From a virus (lineage: Duplodnaviria > Caudoviricetes): DNA of 64,000 nucleotides. The first letter of the stretch is position 1. Each line of letters begins with the position of its first letter. Below the pieces are notes generated by a model. It was not told where the DNA came from and did not search any database. It worked only from the letters and a program-made list of their open reading frames with translations. The position numbers and the translations under genes were made by a program. Shown piece after piece: positions 45,157 through 56,800 of the stretch. The stretch spans positions 32,001-96,000 of the IMG/VR virus record IMGVR_UViG_3300032275_000001; one strand, written 5' to 3'.

Positions 45157-47874
45157 ATGGCTTCATGGGCAGATAAAATACCAACTTTCAATCCTTATGT
45201 TCAACAGTTACCAGTGGAAGCAATGGTAAAGGTTGGTATGGCTAAACAGCAACAGTATGAAGAGGGAGTACAAAAGATACAGACAAGTATTGATAATGTT
45301 GCAGGACTTGATGTTGTTTCAGAGGTAGATAAAAAATACTTACAATCTAAACTTAACTCATTAGGTAATAACTTAAAATTAGTGGCTGCTGGGGATTTTT
45401 CTAATTTCCAGTTGGTCAACTCTGTTTCTGGTATGGCTAAGCAAATTACTAAAGATGAGAATGTAATCAATGCTGTAAGTTCTACATCAAGAATAAGAAA
45501 AGAACAAAAGATATTAGAAGAAGCTGAAGCAGCAGGTAAATCATCTATACAGAACAGAGCTAAGTTTGAAGATGGTGTAAATCAATACATCAATAAGAAA
45601 GACATAAAGCAATCTTATAATGATAGATACACTCAGTATACTAACATAGATAAAAAACTTAGAGACGTAGCTGATAAAATACATGAATCAGATACATCAT
45701 ATGATAATCCATTTCAAAGAGATACCTCTGGCAACACTCTTTATTTTTATAAAGATGCAAGTGGTAAAGAAGTGGCTACTACTGATTCTTCAAAAGGTTC
45801 ACCTAAACAAGATGCAGCAATGTTAAGTGTTGGATCAAAAGCAAAATCTGCACAGAAGATATTAAATACTTTCTATGACACACTCACTCCTGATGATATA
45901 GAACAATTAAAGATTGATGGATGGTATCATTATAAAGGTAAAGATGTAGATACATTTAAACAAGATGTGGTATCAAACTATAATAAAACTAAATCAATTG
46001 TAACTAATGGAGTTACTGAAATGGCTCTAGAACTACAGACCAACAACAAACTTACTCCTGCTCAAAGAGCTCAATATCAAGCTGACATAGATGATGCTAA
46101 TGCAAAACTTGCTGATGGTAGTTTAGAAAAAGCTAGAGACAAAGAGATTTTAGATTTAGAAAGCATTACAGATTTTGAAGGGTATAAAGAAAAATTATAT
46201 ACACAGAAGACATTAACTAATCTTGCAGCTGACTTAGCTTATGATGATAAGAAGCTTGAGTTAAAAACTAATCCGTACGAACAAGCTAATGATAGAAGAT
46301 TACAACTAAACTTAGCATATAGTAATGCTGCTAGAGGACAAAGTAATTGGGAAAGAGATTTTGCTAGAGACAATGCTCATTGGCAATATGAACAAGATGC
46401 AAAAGCTAAGGAAGAAACAGCAAAAAAACAAAGAGATACTTTTGGAGCAATTGATCCAGGAGCAATATCTACAAATGTAGATGTGCCATCACTATCAAAA
46501 TTAGGAGGGGAAATAAATCTACTAATAGGAAAAAGAGATTCTTCTGGTAGAATTATTATTGAAGGAGAATTAGACAGATTAAATCTAAGTGCATTTTCTA
46601 CTATACCAGGAGGTGATAAAATGTCAAATAAACAAAAGGAAGATTACTTAACAAAGTTAACTGATAAATATTTAAAGAATCCTGGTTCAATTTCTGATGT
46701 TACTAATAATCCTGGATTAAGAAAGTATTTAGAATCTAGGAGAGAACTACAAATAAAAGTTGCGTTAAAACAAAAACTATATAATACTACAAACAAATTA
46801 ACACAAGGACTTGATGCAGATCTTCAAGGTTTAATAAAGTCTCAAAAAGGTATTGTTGATAAGAATGGAAGAGAATTATATTCTGCAAAAGAATTATTTG
46901 ATGTAAATAATGCATTGCAAAAATTTCATAAACTTGTACCACAATCTGGTGGTGGAAAACCAGTTATAAGTTTTGACAAACAAGCAGCAATGAATAATTT
47001 CAAAGGAACTAAATATCAGAATATTGCAAATGCATATATTAAACAACAAGAACTTATACAAAAAGGTTCTTTACATTCTGAACCTTTATCATATTCAGAC
47101 AGAATAATACTTGACCAGACTAATAAAATAAAATCAAGAGTGACACCTGTTGCTTCTGAAATAAATAATAAAAAACTAACAATTCAATCTGACTTCCTAG
47201 CTAAAAATGATCCTGAGAGACAAACACAAGTTGGTACTTTTAATACAGGAGTTAAAGGAACACGAGATAGAATTGCAGGATTTATTGGAAATGAATTAGT
47301 TAATCAAAAATTATTAGGAGAGTTTGATTCTGATAAATTAGAGGATGCTTCAGTAGAAACTATTAAAAAAATGTTAAAGACTTCTGGAACTTTATATTCA
47401 ATGGTTAAGAAGTTTGATGGCTCTGCAGATATGATTATTGAAGGTGCTGAGGGTAGACAAGTTTTACATGTTAGTGCTAGTAAGGTGAATAGACATTTTC
47501 CAGAAATAGCAAAAGTTAATCCTTTGAATGCTGCAAAATATGCAATTCAAAGTTCTCCTAATCGTACTACAAATTTATTTACTGGTAGTGGAGAAGGTGG
47601 TGCAGTTAACTCTATGTTTAGTGGTTTTGACTTACCATTATTAAGTAATTCTCAGGTAGCACCAAGAGTTAGATTTGATATAGAAGGTAGCCCTGATAAT
47701 GATGGTAGTAATCTAGATGAGTTTACATTAAAAATGTATGTACAACCAAAAGGTAGCAATACGTGGGTTAAAGGATATATGAATCAAAACTATGTATCAT
47801 TAGCAGGAATACAAGAGACTATAAATAATATAGGGGATACTACTATTGATTCTTTTTTAACAAAAAATAAATAA
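45157..47874 (+). CDS. virion cargo/ejection protein
   Basis: 905 aa, helical; directly upstream of the vRNAP gene. Confidence 0.65.
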   Translation: MASWADKIPTFNPYVQQLPVEAMVKVGMAKQQQYEEGVQKIQTSIDNVAGLDVVSEVDKKYLQSKLNSLGNNLKLVAAGDFSNFQLVNSVSGMAKQITKDENVINAVSSTSRIRKEQKILEEAEAAGKSSIQNRAKFEDGVNQYINKKDIKQSYNDRYTQYTNIDKKLRDVADKIHESDTSYDNPFQRDTSGNTLYFYKDASGKEVATTDSSKGSPKQDAAMLSVGSKAKSAQKILNTFYDTLTPDDIEQLKIDGWYHYKGKDVDTFKQDVVSNYNKTKSIVTNGVTEMALELQTNNKLTPAQRAQYQADIDDANAKLADGSLEKARDKEILDLESITDFEGYKEKLYTQKTLTNLAADLAYDDKKLELKTNPYEQANDRRLQLNLAYSNAARGQSNWERDFARDNAHWQYEQDAKAKEETAKKQRDTFGAIDPGAISTNVDVPSLSKLGGEINLLIGKRDSSGRIIIEGELDRLNLSAFSTIPGGDKMSNKQKEDYLTKLTDKYLKNPGSISDVTNNPGLRKYLESRRELQIKVALKQKLYNTTNKLTQGLDADLQGLIKSQKGIVDKNGRELYSAKELFDVNNALQKFHKLVPQSGGGKPVISFDKQAAMNNFKGTKYQNIANAYIKQQELIQKGSLHSEPLSYSDRIILDQTNKIKSRVTPVASEINNKKLTIQSDFLAKNDPERQTQVGTFNTGVKGTRDRIAGFIGNELVNQKLLGEFDSDKLEDASVETIKKMLKTSGTLYSMVKKFDGSADMIIEGAEGRQVLHVSASKVNRHFPEIAKVNPLNAAKYAIQSSPNRTTNLFTGSGEGGAVNSMFSGFDLPLLSNSQVAPRVRFDIEGSPDNDGSNLDEFTLKMYVQPKGSNTWVKGYMNQNYVSLAGIQETINNIGDTTIDSFLTKNK

Positions 47875-47879
47875 AAATT

Positions 47880-50800
47880 ATGCCAATTTTTGATAATGAA
47901 CTTATAGATAATACTTCTAATAGAAACTATGAGAAACCTAAGGTGGATCTTAGGTCAATTGTTTTACCAGAAGTTGATACTAATCCTAACATGGGTGGAT
48001 TTGAAAGTTATAATCAAGTTCCAGCTAAAAGAGGACTCACTGTAGATGAGATATCAGAAATGAGTAGAGGTGTAAGAGGCTCTACTGGTTGGGATTCTCC
48101 TATTGAGTTAGTTTCTAAAGGTGAATTATTATCAAATAAACGTTATCCAATGTTTCAAAGAGATGTAGATCTTGAGAACATATATGGATTACAACAATCT
48201 TGGTACAGTAAACTTGGACGCAGTCTTGTTAAAACAGGAATAACTGCAGCAGGTACATTTGCACAATCTCTTACTGATATTCCTAACACAGTGTCTGCTA
48301 TAAAAAGTGGTAATATCTCTAAACTTTCTGGAGATCCAAATGGATACGAAGGTAGTATAGATAGTTGGATGAAGAATATGGAAGATGCCATTCCTAATTA
48401 TATGACAAGGGAAGAAAAAGCTCATCCATATTTAGCAATGATTCCATTTGCTCCAGGATCTGCAAACTTCTGGGGAGAATCAGTTCTTAAAAACTTAGGA
48501 TTTACAGCTGGTGCAATTGCTGGAGCAGCTTTACAAGATGTTGCAATAGGTGCAATTACAGGAGGAATAGGAGAAGTTCCATTAGTAGCTAATCAAATTG
48601 GTAAAGCTGCTCTATGGCTTAATAAACTTGCAGGAGGAACTAATAAAATTGACACTGTTTTAGACTTAGCAAAAGGCTTAGGTAAAACAGAACAACAACT
48701 TTTAAAAATTGAAAAGTTAGGAAACTTAGCACAGTCTACTAAAGTTTTGAATGGTGCAAGATATGGTGTTATTACTTGGGGAGCTGCACAAACAGAAGCA
48801 GGTGTTGAATCTAGAGATGGATACAGACATGTCAAAGAAGAGCTTATAAAAGAATATAAAATACAAAATTATAATGAAGAACCTAGCGGTGATGCTTTAG
48901 CTGAAATAGAAAACTATGCTACTAATGCAATGAATACTAGATTTGGTATTAACATGGCATTACTAACTGTATCAAATGCTGTGCAGTTTGGAAATTTATT
49001 TAAATCATTCACTACAGCACAAAAAGGTATTACAGGAACTCTTGCAAAAGAACTTGGAACTGCTGGTAAAATAGGTCTTAAAGAAGGAAGCATTGATGTA
49101 TTTGAAAAGAAAGCTGCAACTGGTCTTGGTGGTAGAATATGGGACTCTGTTAAACCTAAGCTAGCTAATGTATTATCTGAAGGTGTATATGAAGAAGGTG
49201 GACAGTTTGCTGCTGAAAGAGGAACATATGATTACTATACAAGAAAATATAAAAACCTTAGCAATCCAAATAATAAAAAGAACTGGGATGACTTAAATGA
49301 GATTACTAGTTCTACTACTTATGGATTATCTGAACAGTTCAATACTACTGAAGGTGTTAACAATATGATTGTTGGAGGTATCACTGCAATGTTAACAGGT
49401 AGTGCTCAACAATTCTATGATTATAAAAAAGGAAATGGTGCAGACAAACGTTTAGACTCTTCTATTAATGCACTTAATAGATATGGATTAACTGGTATTC
49501 TTTCTGATAAATATGATAATACATTAAGCTCTATGGCTATTGCAAAAGAAATGCAAGCTGCAGCTGATAGTGGAAATATATTTAAATATAAAAACTTAAA
49601 GCATGATATGTTTTTCAATTATGTACAATCTCGTATTCCATCAGGAATGCATGATGTAACAATTGAACAATTAAATATGTTGAAAGATCTTAACAAAGAA
49701 GATTTTGAAAAGTCTTTTGGTATGGACTTCAATGCATCTAATCAAAATACAGTTGCTGGATATGTAGATTCTTTGATTGAAAAAGCTAATTATATTAAAT
49801 CAACTACAGAAGCTATTGATGGTACATTCAAAAATCCATTTGCATACAATGTAGATCCAAAGAATGAAGAAGAAGCTACTGAATCTTTTAATCATGCTAC
49901 ATTTGAAAATTGGAAAAAAGATCTTACATACTATGGAACAGTTAAAGATGATGTAAATGATAGACTTGAATCTATAGAAGAAAAAGTGATTGCATCCAAT
50001 CCACTTGTTAATAATGACATACTAGCTAAAGTTACAGATAAGGATTCATTAACTGAACTATCTAGATCTTATGAAGAACAAGCTAATATATTAAATGGAA
50101 CTATTAATGAGAATACTACCACTGCTGATAGAAAAGCTATAAGAGAGCAAGTAAAAGCTTTACGTACAAGTTCTGAAAAGATTAACCTAGCTTTAAACAA
50201 TGGTAATCTAGATTTAAAAACATTCAATTCAATATTGAACTTTGAATTGAACAATCAAGATGGTAAGAAAGATGATGTTGTAGGTTTTGAAAATGCAACA
50301 GAATTATTTAACTATGGTGCAGATATCAATAGGTTAAACAATCTTAAAAAGAATTCTTCAGAAATATTTGATAACCTAGCTACAGAAAAAGGGTTTAATA
50401 AATATTTCAAACAAGCAGAAGATATTGCTAAAGAAGAAGTTCCTTTAGAAGATTTAGAAAAAGCAGAAACTTCTTTTACATTTGTGAACAAAGAGAAAGT
50501 AAAAGAACCATTACAAGTTGATAGAGAGTATGAAATAAAAGCTACAAAGAAAGCATCCATCAAGAAACTTGCTGATGATAGATATCAAGTAACAAGTCCT
50601 GATGGCACTGTATCATTTCATAAAACTAAAGAAGAAGCTGCTGAAGAGGCAAAAGATCTAACTGATGAGAGCACTAACCTATCTAAAGTGAAGGTGTTAG
50701 CTTTGAACGAAGATGGTACAGTTAAGGTGGAAGATGTGAATGGTGATATATTGAATATTGATTCTAAAAGATTAAGTGGTTATAAGAAACTTGAAACAGA

Positions 50801-53800
50801 TCAAGAGAAACTATTAAAGAATAAAGAACAGTTAACTAAAGAACAGGCTGATATAGAAAACAATTCTGGTACAGTGGTTATTACTACAGATACTTCTTTC
50901 ACTCCTATGGATGAAGCAGGTGCTATTGTTGATGCTAATATATTTTTTCAATCAGGTACAACTGAATCAGAAGATTATAATGATCCTACATTATCTGCAC
51001 AACATGTAAAAAACTCAAGAGAGTTCTTGAATAACATAGACTTATTACCTAACAAAGGTAGCATGAGAGCTATTCTTGTGACTCCAGGTCAAGAAAAATT
51101 AGTAGGACTAGAAGGACTTGCTAAGTTATCATATGGTAGTTATGATATGTCTAACATATTAGATGTTGAGAATGGATTCATAGGTCAAGTGTTTATTGTA
51201 CAAGAGGGTGGTAAATCTTATTTTATTGATAAGACTGGTACACAACTAGGAGAAGTTGGTAAGCAATTGAGTGAGGAAGATATGAAGAAAGTTATCTTCC
51301 AAACAATGCGTACTACCAAGACTACTGATAGTAAAGGTAACCCACGTTTCAGAGGAAAGCAACAAGAATTATTTGAAGCATATAAAAAAGAATATATTAA
51401 GTTCAGAGAAGACTTAATTGCTAATCAGGATCAAATGCCTGCACCTTTTGAATTCACTGTATCTAGAGGTATTCCAAAAGAGAACACTAATCCAGATGGT
51501 ACTAAAGAAAGAAATCATGTAGGAGGTATTCTTATTGGTAAAGATAAGATAGGCTCCCAAGAGAATCTAATTGTTATACCAACAACAGGAAGTATATTCC
51601 ATAATGGACAAAGTATAAAGTTTCCTGATGGTACACCTGTGTTACAATATGGTTCTACATTACAATTCTTAAACAACAAGAAGTTTAATACTAAAGAAGC
51701 ATCCACTATATTTCAAGTGGTAAAAGCTTTTGCTGCAGATACTCTTGCTCAATCTGAATCAGGAGCTCCTATCAGACTTAACAGAGACTACAGTGATTAC
51801 TTACAGAATGTTTTATATTGGAGAGTTGGTCAAACAAAGACTAACAATCAAATAAACATTAATACAACCGCAATGACTATTCAGATAGGAGGAAAAGAAT
51901 ACTCTATGTCTGAAATAGCAAATAATGAAAAAGAGATAGTTGATAACTTGAAAGAGGCTTTCAATGCAATTAATAATACTACACTTACTAAAAAGTTTGA
52001 TGAGGAGTTCTTGGAATATACATTAGATAAGAATGGAGACTTAAACAAAGAACCAATTGAATGGAAGAACTATCAAACATATTTACTATCAGATAAGAAT
52101 CCTGATGGATCTGCAAGATCAATAGATAGTACACCATTAACAACATCTGTAGCTGCACCAACTGCAGACATTCCTTATTCATTCAAACAAAGATATGCTA
52201 CAATAGAGAGTATGGGATTGTTTATTTCTACTCCTACAGTTGAAGCTAAAGCTGCTGAACCATCAGCACCTGGTGTTGAGAAGATAGGAGAATATACTAT
52301 TGGTAACGATACACCAAATACATATAAATTATCTGGAGATCGTCCTGTAATCTTTACAGCAGAAATAGATGAGAATGGTAAAGTGTCTGTGCAAATAGAA
52401 AGTAATGAGACAACAAAAGCTATAGCAACAAACAAAACTGCTGATGGTAAAAAAGTTGTTGATGAAGTTATTATTCCTGCACTTAAAACTATTGCATTAG
52501 AGAATGAGCAAGAGTTCGATCTTTTAAAAACTGATGAGGAATATGTATTTGATTATTTAGGAAACACTATTGCTAGTGATTTACAGAATAAAAAAGATGC
52601 AGCTGTGGCTCCTGAAGAGGCTCCTGTAGTAGAAGAAACAGTTGTTGAAGAAGCTCCTGTTGTTGAAGAAGAGAAAAAAGAAATACCTACAGGTGCAGAT
52701 AGATTTAGTGGAGGACCTGCTAATCTTCCTGGATACAGAGCTGTTGGTGCGGATGGTAATGAAAGAATGACTGATGCTGAGCTTCAATTATTCAAAGCAT
52801 GGCATGCAGAAAATGTTCCAACTATTCCTTATGAAGTGGTGGATACTCTTATCACTATGCATAATGGTGAGAAAGCTTGGGGTGCATTTGAAGATGGTGT
52901 AGCTAAATTTGTAAGAGGTGGATTAAGAGGTACAGAGTATCACGAGATCTTTGAAGGTATATATAAAGGAATGTTATCTCCTGAAGAACAACAAGAATTG
53001 CTTGATGAGTTTAAATCTAATCAAGGTGTATTTACAGATAGACAATCTGGTAAAAAGATAAACTATGCAGATGCTACAGATCTTCAAGCTAAAGAAAGAA
53101 TAGCAGATGACTTTGCTGATTTTAGAAAAGGAAAGCTTCCAGCTAGATCATTAGGAGAAGCTATACGTAATTTATTTTCTAGAATACTAAACTTCTTTAA
53201 ATCATTTGTAACCAATCCTTCATTGAAAGAAGATTTGTTCAGAGCAATTGATACAGGTAAGTTTAAAGAAAGAACATTATCACCCACTGTATTTAATGAA
53301 GCTGCTGAATATAGAGCTGTAGAAGGATTAACTGAACAACAAACAAGAGAGTTTGTTCAAGATATGACAGCTAGAGCTGCAGGTATATTATATAGTGAAG
53401 GAGAGAAAGGTTTATTGTTTTCTCCTGATGGAATCACTAGTGGTTCTATGTATAGTAAAATAAAAGCACAATACAGTAATGAGTATTACGCTAATGGTTT
53501 CAGTAAAATGGAATTGTTAGGAGATGTTGCATGGGATGAACTTAAAGAAAAAACAACACTTTCATTACGTACATTAGGTATAAGTTTTAATGAAGAAGAT
53601 AAAGTTAGCATTAATGATGAAGAAGCAAATAAAAATGATTATGCTCCAGAACCTTTCTCAACAGATTGGAAAAAGAATTCTACAGGAGCTATTAAGTTCT
53701 CATTAGCTACATTATTAGAAGTACAAGCAACTAATCAAGAGAATTCTCTTTCATTTAAACTACCTGCTCCTAAAGTATCTAGTGTAGTAGGATTTAAACT

Positions 53801-56800
53801 TTTAAACTTCACTAGAGCATTTGCTACAGTGTTGGATAAACTTTCAAACACTACATCTGTTACAAAGATGGTAGATAAACTTAGTGACTTGGCTAAAGAT
53901 GATCCTAACTATGTTAGATTGTTTCAACGTGTAGGTGGTAAGTTATCTAATAGAAGTGTTCCATTCAGTGACTTTGATGCAACTGACTGGAGATACTTTA
54001 TTCAGTTTACACAAACATTTACTAAACAAAAACCTGATGCATTAATTCAATATAAAGAAGGGACAGAAACTTATGTAGCTCCTGCTAATTTATATACAGC
54101 AATTAAACAAACTCAAAATGGTTGGATGGAGAACATTAAACTGTTATCATCATCAGATGCATCATTAATTAGTTATGATAAAGTTAATAAAACATATCAA
54201 GTTGATACAGAAAGAATACAAAATCTACCAACTAATTTTCCACAAGATAGAGTTAAGTTCTTAGAAGAGATAGGTATTGACTTTCCATTGGAAGTTTATA
54301 ATAAATTAAAAGATCTTGAACAAGTTTCATTTGAAAAAGCAGTAAGTGCTATTAAAAAATATCTAGGTGCTGAGAAAAATATAATGACTGTATCAGGAAA
54401 GACTCTTGGTAATATTGGTGGTCAGTTTACTAAGTTAGCAGAACTATACAACAAAGTAACCAATCCTAATCAAGAGAGTACATACTCAGGAGTGGAAGGA
54501 CAAAAGATAGGTGCCTTTGCTGAGAACAATGTTCCTTCATTATTTGAAAATGAATTCAATGAAGCTAACACACTTGATGAGTTATTAGAGAAAAGACCTG
54601 AACTAAGAGATGTTTATTCTAAAGGAAGTCAAGTCTTGAAGAAAGGTGGATTATTCTTTGATGCAGAAGGTAAGAGAATCAAAGAGATGAAAGTTTCTTA
54701 CATACAAGGAACTAAACTTATTGATGATAACAAAGGTATAGCTACAACTAAATTAACTTTAGGAGAAAGGTTTACACAAGAAATAAATCAAAACCTTGAT
54801 GGTAACTATTATGTATTAATTCCTGCAGATGGTTCTACTGAGTGGATGATGAATCTTGGTAACACTATAAAACTAAAAGAGATTGAGGGTGGAAGAGCTT
54901 GGAGTAAAATCAATAAGATATTCAAAGGATATTTAATGGATGACATTAACTTAGCTTTAGATGCTGATAATAGAAAACAATTACGAAATATTACAGATAA
55001 AGCTAAGGAGTTAAGATTCTTCAAAGATATACTTTCTGAAAAAGCACTAGCTGATATAAATGAACTTATATCTGATAATGCTACTATGGAATCATTTGAA
55101 ACTTACATTAGTGAGAATGCAGAAGATATTAATAATTCTATAAAAGAATACATAGATTCAACTGTTGTTGAAACAAGAGCAATACTTGAAGAAAGTAAAC
55201 AAATTAGATTACTTAAAGAGGGTGTATACGCTTATAGTGGGTTAATTGATGCATTTGCAAAAGATGAATCATTTAATAAGTTAGCTCTTTCTGATCAAAC
55301 AGTAAATGATATATTGACATTTGCTAATGTTAATTACATTATCAATAATATTGAATACCACAAAGTTTTATTTGGAGATCCTTATCAGTTTGCTATTAAG
55401 AAAGATGGATCTTTAGATGAAACCAAACGTATCAAATCTTTCTTATCTCCTAGAAGAACTACATTTGATACTCCTGAATTTAATACATTCTTGAATCAAA
55501 ACTTAAATAAGATTGGTGAGATCAATTTAAAACCTACAGATCCTGGATACCAACAATTCAAAGCTTATACTAACACTGTAACATTTAAAGATATAACTAC
55601 TGCAGGAAGTCTTAGTAATGCTATTTCTGCTTATAGTAAAACAAATGAAGCTGATGCAATGTCTTGGTTAATGGATGGTACATATAGAGAGATTAAACTT
55701 AAGAATGGTCAATGGAGTGAAGAAGCTGAAGCTTGGCACCAATGGCAAATGGCTTATACAAGACAAAACTATCCAGGATATACATACACTAGTGATAACC
55801 TTAAAAGACATGATGCTGCTTTAGTTAAAACTAAAGAGCCTAAACATGTAATAGAAGTATTAAAACCTATTGTGTCTGGTAATAAATATGGTAAAAACAA
55901 TTTAGATCTTGTGCTAGATAAGTTTTCACAAATGCCTGTATACTACAGTATGGTAAAAGGTACTACACTGGAGAAACTTTACACTAATATGTTTGAAGCT
56001 GGTATAGGATATGCTATTGTTGAATCTGGTAGAAAGGTTGGAGCTGAAGAGCTACATTCATTATACAATCAAGATGGTTCATTTAATGATAATGCATTTA
56101 ATAATAATATTCAAGTACCTTGGAAAGCTTATGGTATCCAAGTAGAAACTGCAACAGAAGGAACTAAAGAACAAACAAGAGGATCCCAGCTTACTAAGTT
56201 ATCAAGTATGGATTTATTTGATAATGGAAACACTATTGGAGCTACACCTGAAAGACAAGAAGCTATTAGAAATGAATACAATCGTAATGTAAGAATCTTA
56301 AATGATTTACATCAACATGGATATAACACTCTATTAACTAGACTTGGTGTTGTAGATAATGGGAACGGATTTACACTTAAAAATGGTAAAGCTGTATCTG
56401 AAACTCTTATGCGTGAATTGTTAAGAAGAGAAGCTTCTGATAATACAATAGATACATTACAGCTTGATAAAGAGACTAATCAATTCTTAATTCCATTTGA
56501 AGCATCTCCTTCTTATATTGAGATAAGAAATGTTCTTTACTCATTAATTGATAAATCTATCATTTCTCCTAAGATGAATGGTGGTGCTCATGTGCAGGTT
56601 CCTGCAACAATGTTTGAGCAAGCAACTAAAGGAAGAAGTCTTGCTATTAAAACAGCAGAAGGTTGGAAGAAAATATCTAAACAAGCTTATAATACTCTTT
56701 CTGATGCAGATAAGAAAAACGTAATGTTAACTGATGATACACTTAAGTTTTACACTAAAACAGATCCTTATTGTGAAATATTACTTCCTCATTGGTTAAA

